From Psilocybe cubensis (lineage: Eukaryota), in NCBI GenBank assembly GCA_017499595.2, contig CM039000.1, forward strand, positions 3,100,001-3,164,000: a DNA stretch of 64,000 nt, read 5' to 3'. A program made the translations under genes and the position numbers. Of the stretch, positions 27,224 through 39,825 are shown piece after piece. Every line of letters starts with the position of its first letter. Position 1 is the stretch's first letter. The notes below the pieces were generated by a model. That model searched no databases and was not told the origin of the DNA. It saw nothing but the letters and a program-made list of their open reading frames with translations.

Positions 27224-28047
27224 TTAGTTGAAGAAACTGATTGCGGAGGACAGGGGCGAGACAGCAAAGTCTGCGTACTTGTTTGTCTCGTCGTCTTTGA
27301 GCGACAGGCAATCGTTGAGCGCGAAGGAGCGCATCAAAATGGGGGCCAAAGCGGCCTGGCGATTGCGCTTGTCAAGAGGCAGTGGGAGTAGATTGGCTTC
27401 GGTGAAACCCATGTCCAAGTCGGACATGCCCATGAAGAGATCCCCGATGGGAGTCTCTGCAGCCTCCGGAGTCGATTCCAGGGATGAGGAAGACGACTCA
27501 AGGGAATGATGCCGGCGTGTCGGCGTGTGGGGGGTAATCGAGAGTCCTGCGAACTGCTCGGTAGGTACGACAGCTGGTGAAGTCTGATGAATTGGAATAA
27601 TCAGGTGTCAGTACATGCAAGGTACAACAGGGGAGAGCCGAAGAAACGGAGACATGCACGAAGGCAGATTCAAGGTGAAGAGGAGGGGAAAGAAAGACCG
27701 ACCTCGTCAGAGACTGTCACAGCGGGCTGGACCCATGGCAAGGGCAGGGGTGAGGGGTGGTCTACACCAGGATCCACATGGGGGATGTGGATACCTGCGC
27801 CGAGGAACACGTCGAGAGGGACGATGTCCTGATTGCCACGGTTGCGATCCTCCAACTCCTGGTCAGGGCTGGACTCGCGCTGACCGTCTGTTACTCTCCA
27901 CCACTCTATGTCTGCGAGAACGCGCCTGGCTGAGGTCTCTGAGCCCGAAGAGCGCCTGTGGCCGTTCCCTCTGGCTGCAAGGAGACCAGACGAGTAGGGA
28001 GAAGAGCGGACGGCGGGACTAGAGGCAGTACGACGAAGAGAAGGCAT
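27224..28047 (-). CDS. Hypothetical Ser-rich protein, 2 exons, with long 3' flank and 5-kb upstream region
   Basis: MPSLRRTASSPAVRSSPY...RRVLADIEWWRV; intron after VSDE (gtcggt..atcag); second exon ends SSAISFFN-stop; TATATAA near 28151. Confidence 0.65.
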
Positions 28048-31000
28048 GTTGTGGTTAGGGAAGAAGGGCAAGCCGCCTAACGCAGTGCCAGATGGATGAG
28101 AGGACGGGAGGAGGGAGGACACAGAGAGCGCCAAAAATTGCGAGTTAGTTTATATAATTTCCAGCTAAGTCTAGCAAGAGATAAATTCGAAATCTCTGAT
28201 CTCGGGCCCTCTAACTCCCACAAAAATTGGCCGTTCTTGATCCTCTATCTTCCTTGTCTGCCTGTCTGACGACCAGAAATCCTCCCCAGAACCCAGCGAG
28301 CCTCTCTTTGGCCCGAGAACAACAACAGCGGCCACTGGCCAGTCTTTGTGCAACCTTCTGCCCAATCTAGCTGCTCCCACGCGATCCGTGAATAAATAAA
28401 ACATGGATACTGCCTCTTCTCTCTTGGCGCCTCATAGTTTCCGTCATCGCATTCAAACCATCCGATGCCGCCCATTACAGTATCACTGTCTCTCAGCGAC
28501 CGTGTTGCGCGGGCCCATCTTCATATCTATTTTATATTTTATTCCATAACTTACGCCCGTAAGTACTTTCCGTAGAAAGGCAGAAAGGCATGAGGCAGCA
28601 GGCAGAGGGGAAAAAGTTCTACGGATCAAGGGTAACCCACCAGCGGCGACGCCCGAAAGACAAGAAGACACTTATACGTCTTCGTCGGCACCTCCTCATG
28701 TCTTTTATGAACGCGTCTGGCGCACAATTTACTCAGTCGTTGCCATTTGACCACGTAAAAACGCGTAAAAACGCGTCGAATGATGTGCGGGACGCGACTA
28801 ATTAGCCGGCGCGCGCGTTAAAGTCGCCCAAGACCGAACCTGCGCGTCCCTGCCGCGCAACATCGTCCCATCAATTCCGCCTATTTTCGTCATCCTCGGT
28901 TTCCGCTGGGTTTCCAGTGCTTTCCACACATTTTCGGTCGGAGAACTGCTTCTAGTTCCAGCGGTATCAATCTGGGGGACCAGGGGATTGTATACCTTTC
29001 GGAAAGGAAAGCTTTTGCCACGCGTGACAGCAATCAAACGATACTCTCGTCATCATTTGTCTCTGCGGAAGAATTTCAGCATACGGCCTTCCATCTGTGT
29101 AGTTCTTGATTATAACGTGAAGTAATTAATCAGTCTGATCGCCTAGGCCACCTACTCTATAGCGTTTTGAACGGTTATAACGGCCAGGAGCGTCCATTCC
29201 TATCGTCCGCACCAGTCCGCACAAGAATAGGCGTGTAACAGGATAACTAAGCTTCATCATTAGAAGGCACACGATTGATAGATACCCACAAGGCACGCGA
29301 AAGTGGTCTCAATAGCGCCGATTCCTACACCCGTGACAGAGAATCTGTTGTGATTTTGAGTTGAACACTCACACAGGTCTAAAGTAATTGCCATGTTCGG
29401 GTCCGCCCCCCTACCATTTCCCAGTATATGGCGTCAATCAAGGGTTTTGACACTATAAACCCCTCGCAATGGATAAGACTGAGCCACAACCTGTCAATCT
29501 CACAAAAACACAAAAGTTACTTATACAGCCGAAGACAAGAGGTACGCGATTAACTGGCGAAAACTAAGCATTCCATTGGAATCACCAGCTATCCACACAC
29601 AGACGGCAACCACGATGAGCAGCGATATTATTATCTTCTACATATGTTGCATGCGATGTCACGGTGAGAAGGGTCTATTTGCCATACTCCCAGCGACCAG
29701 TGATCAGAGTGCGTCATGAACGAGTAATAGGCCAGCTTTCCATCTTACTAGTACCGGCCATCGGTTCATGTAAAATGACATCCATGCGTGCTAGACCTTC
29801 TGACAGAAAAGACGTGTGATGGACAACCCTATTTTGTTATTATCACTTTGCAGGAAAACTAAGAGGCCGAATCCAATGGTCGACGGGCGGTATAATACCG
29901 GCACGCCAGGCAAAATGAAGAAAGCGCGACTACACTACCAATATTCTGGAAAACGATAAAAAGCTGGTAGACCAAACGACTTCATGACTTTCTCATGTCT
30001 ATGGCTTTAAGCGGCGTCGGTGTACGTCGCGTTCGACACCCAGCAACGATGAACAAAAGCTTACACATTTGCATACAAAGGTTATAAATCGGTGTATCCA
30101 TTGGCTGGTTCCATTGCACAATCACCGACTGATTCTTGATGCTCAAAAATACAAGAATGGGTGTGAAAGTGCGAATGAAGCTTCGCAACTTAATTGACAT
30201 ACAAAATTGAATGCTCCACTGCGGACAAGCCAGAATTTCGACACTGGGTGACTGGTTAATGGCGCTAGTAGGCCTATAGGCGCTACTCGAACCCTACCAA
30301 AGGAATTGCCGTAAGTATATTACAGCAGCAATTTGCAGTAGAAAACACAGCATTGGTTTTGACGTACGCGGTACTTTCAATGTTTCATTTCACTTTAATT
30401 ATTCATGCTGGACGATTCCGAATTCGCAAAGGCCTAGGAGGTCTCAAAAATACATGGGACGTTCCCTGTCGGTAGCACACAACGAACACGAAGGGCTACG
30501 TGAACATCAAAGGTAATTTTTGGACTCAATTGAGGGGAGAGAGCGAGGTTGAAAGGTTAACGCATGGGCGATGACCTGTGGGCGGGAAATACCATAAGGA
30601 CACTAGCGCGAATTGGACGTAAATGGCCATTTCAAAGGGCATTCATTCTTGTACAAGAGCCGCATCATTCCAGGCATCATTGTCGTCAACTCGCATGTCT
30701 TCAGAACAACAGTGTTAAGGGGGGCCGATCTTGAAATACGGTGTCCTGTGGGGCGAGAGCAGGCTGAGACAGCCTTGGGAAGACATCTGCTGATCATCTC
30801 TTCCATGTTCTTGTCAATTCTTATCCCACTCTAAGGCTCCGCCATTCTCGCGTAGAATTCGGGTCCCAATGTCCGAATCACGTGTATTCGCGAGCGGGGG
30901 ATCCATAGGCTTCAAATCGCGCCTATCTCTGAAAGCACTGCGCAGGATATCATAACACACGACACCACGGGTGAACGGATTTAGCGCAATCCGCTATGGC

Positions 31001-33054
31001 CAACAACTAAACAATAACCTCTTCGACATGGCGTCAGCGTCGTGCAGAGGTTAGAAGTCAGTCGGTGGAGGATCGGCCTGTCCACAATCACAGGAGTGGC
31101 ATAGGTAGAAACGTAGTAGTTATGGGTAGCCGTGATAAAACGTTATCCATGATGGAAGTCATTTACGCGTCACAACCCCGTAAAACGGAAGCATTGCAAT
31201 TTGCCTGCCTGCAGAAGAATACATTCGTTGGTGCGATTAGGGAATAACCTATACCAAAGCCACACAATCGATTTTCGAAATTAATAATGTCCTAGAAGCC
31301 AGAACTAACCGGCGGCTAAATTGGCGAAGGCGCCTAACCGCATAACCTTCTCGAATGGGTTGGTAAATGTGCCTTGACTCCTCAATCGTTGGGGTCACAA
31401 TTTTTTTCTTTGGGTACTTATTCGATTTGCCTGCTTCAATGTCGATCGACGAGGCGTAACCTATGTGGGATAGAGTGCTTTATAAAAAGGTTGATAAATT
31501 CCGAGGCTTAGGTTCAGCCACCAACAGTCAATAATTTGACTGACTTCATAAAGTGATGTGATCCCATAATGCTGCGACCATAGTGCGAGGGCAACGCAAG
31601 CAGTCCCTTGTCAATAACGGTGTCTGATGTAGAAAGAAGGGCTTTCGAATAAACCGTGGATGCCGCTATCTGCGCTGTCCGGCAGTGTTTTAATCAATAT
31701 GGGCCCCAAGGACTGAGAAAAGTTGATGATCGAAATGATACTTGTGGTGCCAGGAAAGTAAAAAAACTTCGTGAGAGTCCTGGGTAGATATGGGTTAACG
31801 GGCAACCTTGCGAGTAATTGGAAAGGCGTCAATGCAGTAGCATAAGGCTGTAATTGAATTTACGCAAACGAACATAACTGCGTTAACATATAAATTACCA
31901 GTGATTAGATAGAAATGTACCTAAGATAAATCACACCATGGTTGCCTATAAGGTGCGAAGGGAGTAGTAGCCTTGTGCCGTGCCATTGCCTAGTGGCAAC
32001 GCTCTTTATAGATCGATACAACTCAAAATCCACAAAGCATTTCCCAATACAAGCCCTTGCAGATAGTCTATACCCATCCAAAGGATACGGTCAATGGATA
32101 TGCACAAAGGCTACAAAAGTAACTAATGAGCGTTTTGGGTAGGTATACTTTCCCTGGCGGCGGCTATAATTCAGGTTCAGGTGTATTGTAAGATATCCGA
32201 TGACATACATAGATTAATATTCCGAAGAGTGATTTGAAGGTGTGCTTATCGCGGTCTTCATCGTATGCAACTAATGCGAATATTACTATCATTGGACCTT
32301 CCAGACATATGGATAGCAGGGCTCACCGCGGAAGATCAACACGCCGACTGGGCGTGATATCGAAAGGGTTTCTTATAGAACCAATGATAGGTCCAAACAG
32401 ACCGGAGTGGTGTTGCCTGTACGACGAGGGTAACGATTGAAAAACAAGCCGAGAGAATATAAAAGGCTTTTAGATAGGTCCGTATGCCAGGAACTGGATT
32501 TGGCTTACTATTGCTGATGGTACGACATTGACAGCAGCATTTTGCGGTGCATTCATCCCCGGGCGGTTACAAAGTATTTGAAGAAATTTAGGATCATATT
32601 AAATCACCATTTCTGCTTTCCCTGGGATACCCTACTCCAAAACACAGGCTTCCGAAGAGCAGAGGTCCATTGTGCACCAGGCGTTCCTGAGAAAAAGATT
32701 GATCGGCCTTGGTATATCAAGGTCACTCTGCAAATTTACTATTCGAAGAGTTACTGAAGGCAGACTGTAAGTCTAGGCCATGAAAAGTCTGTACATGCTG
32801 AGTAGGTAAGCTAGCTGTCAGGAGCTTCAAAACCTACAGCTAAGCTTACCGACGTATAACCTACAATCGTGCATTTCCTAGTGGGCAGATGTCATGCTCT
32901 GCAGTAAGTGGCGCGATACTGGGAAATTGAGAAGTCGTAGTTCAATGAAGTGGGAGAAGGCCTGAGCAAAATATGATACGGTAGTTGTGGTGAAGGACAG
33001 ACCAAGGGTGACAGAGACGCGAACATGGGATGACTGACCCGATTAGGTACTAAG

Positions 33055-33078
33055 TTATCGCCGTATCTTATCTTATCT
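33055..33078 (-). promoter_or_regulatory. Cluster of GATA sites (GATAA plus AGATA x3) upstream of guanine deaminase
   Basis: TTATC at 33055-33059 and tandem TATCT TATCT TATCT at 33064-33078, about 150 bp before the ATG; a further GATAA near 33144. Confidence 0.45.
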
Positions 33079-33223
33079 GGACTCTACTTGGCTCGAATGA
33101 CAGCATGCTCCTTCCGCCGACCACCACGATGTAATGGCATGTCGATAACCGTCCCCTATTCCTGATGTCCCTACTTATACCCGCTTCCATCCGTTCTAAC
33201 TCTGCTCCCGGTGCTTAAAAGAA

Positions 33224-34958
33224 ATGGAGTCGATAAAGAAGTCGTGTATCTTCTATGGCGCTGTCATCAACCCCAAATCCCTTCAATCCTTTTCTGTATC
33301 TCCTCAGTGTCTTCTCGCAGTTGATGCCATAGGCAACATAGACTGGATTGTCGATGATGTAGAACCACACACCCTCCAGGATGTCCTCGCTTCAAAAGGA
33401 TGCATAGAATCTGAGGTTATAGCTTTAAGGGAGGGTGAGTTCATTATACCTGGCTTTATTGATACACATACAGTGAGTTTTTCTCTTCGATTAAGGAGGT
33501 GCAACTTTGAACCATAACTTCAACAGCATGCGCCGCAGGTGCCTAACATGGGCACGTAAGCACTCAATCTTTATCGAGCCATGGCCCGGACAAAGTCTAA
33601 TCTATTTTCCTCTCAGAGGTGGTCAATACGAACTCCTAGACTGGCTTGAGAATGTTACATTCCCTACAGAAGCAAAGTTTTCGGATGTCAATTTCGCTCG
33701 AGAAACATATACATCTGTAGTTCGCCGCGTTATCGACTCGGGAGTGAGTTTCAAATTTACTGCCCACTTTCAAAGCTAACAGGTTGAAATGATAGACTAC
33801 AACATGCTGCTACTACGGAAGTCTTCACCTTGAGGCCACAAAGATTCTGGCGGATATTGTGTATGCTTTCGGCCAGCGAGCCTTTGTTGGTGTATGTGTC
33901 TTTCTCTTGGATTTACTGTCTCCATTGACATTGTGAGTGACAGAAATGCAACATGAACCGACATTGTCCTGGCCACTATATTGAACCTTCATTCGAAGAT
34001 TCGGTGGCAGACACACAAACATTAATATCATACATCCGTTCCTTGTCGCCTCAGCAGGATAACTCTTCTCAAGAACCACTAGTGCAACCAATTCTTACAC
34101 CTCGATTTGCCATTTCGTGTACAGACGATTTGCTATCATCACTAGGAAACCTGGCTTCATCCGACCCTAAGTTAAGGATTCAAACACATATATCGGAAAA
34201 CAAGTCGGAAATATCATTTACCCGTGAGCTATTCCCCTCTGCCTCCAGTTACGCTGGTGTGTACGACATGTTTGGTTTGCTGCGTCAGAATACTATTTTG
34301 GCGCACGCGGTACACTTGACAGAGGACGAAATTGATCTTATCAAGTCCAAGGATGCAGGTATAAGTCATTGTCCCACAAGTAATTTCAACCTGAGCAGTG
34401 GCATCGCACCTGTAGGAGTCTATTTGGACAAAGGGATTAAGGTACGAGTGTGACTATCTTGCATTTTTAAGTATACGCTGATCCTGCCCAATTTAGGTCG
34501 GTCTAGGAACCGATGTTTCTGGAGGCTTCAACGTATCCATTCTCAACGCCATACAAAACGCGAGTGTTGCGGCCAAGGTCTGTTCTCTTCAAACTGGGAA
34601 CTCTGGATCAGAATCAAGTTCGATGTCTGCTATATATGCCAACAAACAATTGTCGATTCCCTCTTTATTCTATCTCGCCACCATAGGCGGAGCGGCTGTC
34701 TGCGGTTTGGAAAACCAAGTCGGGTCCTTTGCTACTGGGAAAAGTTTTGACGCACTGATAGTAAATGTCCGCGACGAAGCTGGCAACCCCACCATTTGGG
34801 GCTTGGACGACACGAATTTCACGAATCTTTCAATCGAAGACAAAAAAAAACATTTGGAAGGTTGGCTCGAACGATTCTTGTTTTGTGGTGATGATAGAAA
34901 TATCGAAAGAGTGTACGTGCAGGGCACCTTCGTCGGCGGAAGGACGTTTCGAAGGTAG
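33224..34958 (+). CDS. GUD1: Guanine deaminase (amidohydrolase family), multi-exon
   Basis: PGFIDTHTHAPQ, LLDWLE, PILTPRFAISCT, QTHISEN, LAHAVHL, SHCPTSN, VGLGTDVSGG, GDDRNIERVYVQG. Confidence 0.92.
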
Positions 34959-36602
34959 ACGATGAACGGAGATAACCGCAGTGGAATGATTGACTTTCTG
35001 GTTGCTGACCGACCCGAACCCTGGGGATACATCTATACCTCACCTATGCTAATATTTAATTATGACTTACGACTAAGTATCATTATATATGATATGCTCA
35101 AGTCTACTAGTTACGGTCAAAATTGACTTCATTTCATTAAGTACATGCCTCTGAGACAGACCGGCAAACATCCAAATGCTGTCAGGTATGAAGTGGTATG
35201 AAGGTCGGCGGCAGTTGTGGCAACTGTTGGAAGTTCAACTGATCAACTTCGGTGTCAATAGAGACCTTCTACCTAAACCTAAACACTCTGTTCAGCTACA
35301 TAAACTCTTACGTTCAACTTCAAGTGTCCCATCCTCTTCTTGGGTGAAATATGACCCGTATACTTGTGTTGTGGTACAAAAACCTAACTCATAAAGAGCG
35401 CGATAGGAATGCGACCTCGAAACAGAATTGGCACCGTGACCGCCTGTCAACCTCTTTACGCCTGCTCGTTCTCTACTAAAATTCGATATAACATGGCTTT
35501 GGAAATACATGAGTCCTTTCCATTGTATAGTTTTCCCACACTACCAACACCGTGCATCATCCAGAATGAAAACCTAGAGTCAGTGTTCGAAGGGATTGAT
35601 TACTTGATTACGATATGTGTTGATAAAATCTGTTGCAGGTTGACTTCCCAACGCATCGAGTAGACATCAAAGACTCTTTTCCAGCATGATTCAGTTTAGC
35701 TTAAAAATTTCAATACCTAAGCGGCAGCTATTTTTCGTTCGTCTTTGAAAGGTAGACGGAACCTGGGAAACAAAAATTACAATGTGAAGGACGGTTAACT
35801 TTCATGGTTACTATCGCTTGAGTGCCTCCTCGTCAAGGAAGAATGTGAGTATTTTATCATCTCAGAATGCTGGAGTAAACCCTACTGAGAAGACTAATTT
35901 TAACAACAGTTCTAAATATCTGAATTTTGCTGTCATGAAAATAGACTGTTGAGCTAACAGAATCTACCCAAGTTTTTCTTCTTGGTCCACTGGCGGCATC
36001 TCTCTAAGCAGGTCTGGCTTACCAATTTGCCTAGAATGCAATGCTCTTGTCTTGGTTCTAGTATGTGGCCGCGCTTTGTCCTCTCTACGCTACGGCCCTC
36101 AGAGATCATAGACACAATCTACCAGCTCATTTCGTACCCCGTACAATACACGGAGTCTTTATCTGTTCGTGCCCCGCAGTAACAATATGTTATTGCCTAA
36201 ACAACCTGCAAAATCCCAAATCGATTTGGCCTACGAGAACACACTGTGCACCCAGGGACGTACGAAGAAGAGATATTCAGAATGCCGTTAAATCGGTTGG
36301 ATTGCCCATAACTTACAGCCCCTGGTCGTACAAAGCGTGAAGTGGCCCCGCCAGGCCAATTGTTCATCTCTCTGGGTCATTGTTTGGTTCTAGAAGGCCC
36401 GCCAAGTTTTGCTTTTTAGAGATATAGTAGAGCCAAAGAAAGGCATCGCAGTCTAAACAAGGATGTGCGCGCTTTGACACAGCCGCCTTTTTAAAAGCCT
36501 CGAAAAACTGACGTTGTTATTCAGTTCTTTTCCATCTTGTCTCAACACGAAACCAAGATACTTTGCTTCGAACCTTTATCAACTCTCCAAACTTGTTTCC
36601 GA

Positions 36603-38657
36603 ATGTCGAACCCAGCACAGACTAGCTCCAAGAAGCTCGGAAAGCGCAAAGCACAGGATGATCCAGGATTTGTGAGTTTTGAGTCTTTCCTTTTTCTTTC
36701 TTGATTATATTTCTAACCCATATTCGAACGCAGCAAACGTTAGCGGACGACTTTGATCAATTTGTCCAAAGATCCGTATTGATACAGATGGTGTCGCGTA
36801 CAGTCAATGTCAGTCCCTTCCCTATTTTTCTACAGCAGCAGAAAACATATCATTTTTCAGGCTCAAGACGTGGAACCACTGTTTTTGTCATCTGCACCAC
36901 GCAGCATGCAATGGGCGATAGAATCTGGGCTCATTGTGCTTAGTAGCTCCTCTAGCACCCTGTTGTTTACCGTCATGGGTGGTATGAGTCCCGGCATCAT
37001 TGTCTGCGATAGCGACAAAAATTTTCGAATCGCACTTGACCAGAAACAGCTTGAATGTTGCAAGACGTTCATCGACGGGCACAGGTTCAGAAACCTTAAA
37101 GTGGACAAACCCCTGTACAATTTTCTTCACAAGAAGGGTGTTGATCACTCTGTCTTCCAGCAGTATCCCAACGGAGAACTCTATATCTTATACCCAGAAT
37201 CCTACCCCCCCGGGCTCACTCACGCATTGTCAGAAAACACATTGGCAGTAAACGAATGTCTTACCATCAACCGTGATCTTCAAATCGAAAAACACATAAA
37301 ACTTGCTTCCGGATTTCTCACCTCCATACGGACTCCAATGGGGCGGATTGGCACTTTCAAATCCCCTGTTGTACACCAAAGTCCTTCACAAATTGGCGCC
37401 AATAAATCTCACAAGGTTCAAGGCTCAGCAAACGGATCCGTCGTCCCACCGAGCAAGAAGCCCAGGACGACACCAACTCATCCACAACAGCAAGGGCCAA
37501 CGATCCCCGTCCCCTCTTACAACCCTCGACTGCGTAACATCAGGGGTAACACAGACCATACTCTGATGCCTCCTCCTCAAATCCCGAGGCAACACCATCT
37601 CCCTACCAATTCTCAAACCGCACGTTCACGTACCCAGAGCAGCATGTCTTTATCGAAATCTTCCCAACCACAGTTTCCAGATCGTTACGATGAAACGGGA
37701 ATGGGTATTCATTCGTCACCCAGAGCGCGATCGACTGCCACTAGCAGTTTGAACCAGCTCGTACGACAGAATTCTGAGCCGAATTTCCTTACCAACGCGC
37801 CAGGCGGATTTCTTGCAAGATCGGTTCACACACCAGAGACGGCGGTACCAAATTCCTTCAATTTGCAAGGTAATAGCAATCCCTTGCAAACTACAGCGGA
37901 AGCCGGTCCTGCCCTTATGCCTGAAGGTCGTTATGGGCAAACCTCGACTGTGCATCATGTTGGACAAAATGTTGTGGCACAGAGTTATATCCCTAATGTT
38001 GCACAAGCTTACGAGACCTCGACAGGGACCGACTCCGCTGTAGCAGAGAGCCAACATTCAAATTCCTATTCGCAATACACCGAGTCTGCGGATAATACAT
38101 CCTTTGGAAGTCATGTTGTACTACTTGATACCGCCTCTGGCAGCTTCTCCCAGGTGGCGGTGCAAACGGCCTCGAGCGCCATAGGTGCTCAAGACCCTAC
38201 TATCAATGATACCTATAGAAACGTCGGCTCTTACCAAAACCTGGCAATACAAATACCTGCACTAGACACTGCGGCGTTAATTCCCACCCCCCCTCTTGTG
38301 TCTAATAGCACCTCTCAGTCGGGAACACAAATCAACTCTGGTTCGGCAGGAACACCGAATATCTTGGATCACTCTGCATATGCCCAAGATTCAGCAAACC
38401 CAGCTTTCGCACATAAATCTCTGGTGCAAAATTCCGAGACCCAAGAAGGCGACATTCCAGCAGGGACATATCAGCAGACCCAAGGAGCTGAAATGCATGG
38501 TGGGGTAAACATTGATTCTTCCTTCGACTGGGACCAGTTTAGCGGATTGGAAGCGTTGTCGGCTACCGATGTAAGTCAATTCGCATCTGGGTCCATCGGC
38601 GGCGACCTTGCTGAGGTAGGGAATTGGCTTCAACAGTTTACGCCCCCCGAGCAGTAA
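36603..38657 (+). CDS. Orphan protein: basic NLS-like N-terminus, ~190-aa globular segment, long S/T/Q/P-rich region, acidic-aromatic C-terminus
   Basis: Exon 1 at 36603-36671 (MSNPAQTSSKKLGKRKAQDDPGF, gtgagt donor), exon 2 from 36734, long exon 36861-38657 (616-aa ORF in the track). Confidence 0.7.
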
Positions 38658-39825
38658 ATCCCGAAACATTAACCGACCGACTGCTTTTTAACATTTTTCT
38701 AGACTTTCCGACGGGGTACACTTTTCTTTAATCTGCTTTCTTGTTTAATTTTTCATTAGCATACTATTCTCATTCTAATCTCTTGGTTTATCGGTTTTGG
38801 CATCGCGTCCTGATTTTCTTTTCGTCCGTATTTCTTTTTGTACATACTATCTACACGTTACTATTCATCCATTATACACTATTGTCTTTTCGTCCTGTTT
38901 CTATACATCTAATAAATTCGTTTAATACACCAAAGCCACTGAATGCCCGAACGTCCATGAGCTTTGACTTGCTATCTTTTTACAAGGGCCTTACGTCGAA
39001 AGGCTTCGTCTTGTTGCCGAATGTTCACCACAATTATGTCCGTGACGAACATCAAGTGAGACGAGAGATGCATGGCAGTCTGGCAGTACATTCTTACGAA
39101 AAACATCTTCTGCCTGCGTGAAATTTTGAACAGTTTGAAGCATGAAACTCAAAGACTGCACGCGGAGATGAAAACAAGAAAAACCCATCCACAAAATCCA
39201 ATCCAATCCAATTCCAGTAGTAAGATAATTGTAATGTTACAAAAATTAGGCGCAAAAAAAGGGGGCACTGTTAAGCCAATCCAAGTAAGATTCAGTTCAA
39301 GAAACCAAAAGAAAAGAGGGGACAGCAGAAATATAACTGAAGAATGAAGGAATGAAAGGGAGGAGAAAGGAACGATGGTCAGTCTCTCTTTAGCGATGTG
39401 CTTGTGCTTGTGCCTGTACTTGTGCGTGTGCGTCGTGTGTTCTGGTATCTGAGTAGTAATGGGTAGTAAATATAGGAAGAAGGGGTTCCCGAAACCGGAG
39501 GTATAGAGCAAGCCCGCAGGCCTGGAGCAGCACAGGCCTACGCGACGGCCAGCAGAGCGCGGTTTAATATAGTCTAGTCCAAAAAGCCGCGATGGAGTAC
39601 TGGAGAGAAGAAACGGATGATTCCGTTGGGTCGTAACTGTTAAATCAAGAACGAAGGAGGGGTAGTTTGTGGGTGATCAATTTAAGAAAGAAGAATCCGC
39701 CAGATGAAAACCAAATGAAATGAAGAAGTGTCCCGCAAGAACAGAAGAGCCAGGAAGCAAAAAAAAAAAAAAAGAAACAGAGAAAAAGGGAACGAAATGA
39801 GAGGAAACATATAAGTTATATCGCA

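Noticed and set aside
26506-27267. 253-aa minus-strand ORF running from the orphan gene's last exon into its 3' flank
   Set aside because: Non-ATG start and UTR-like composition; base skew lowers stop frequency.
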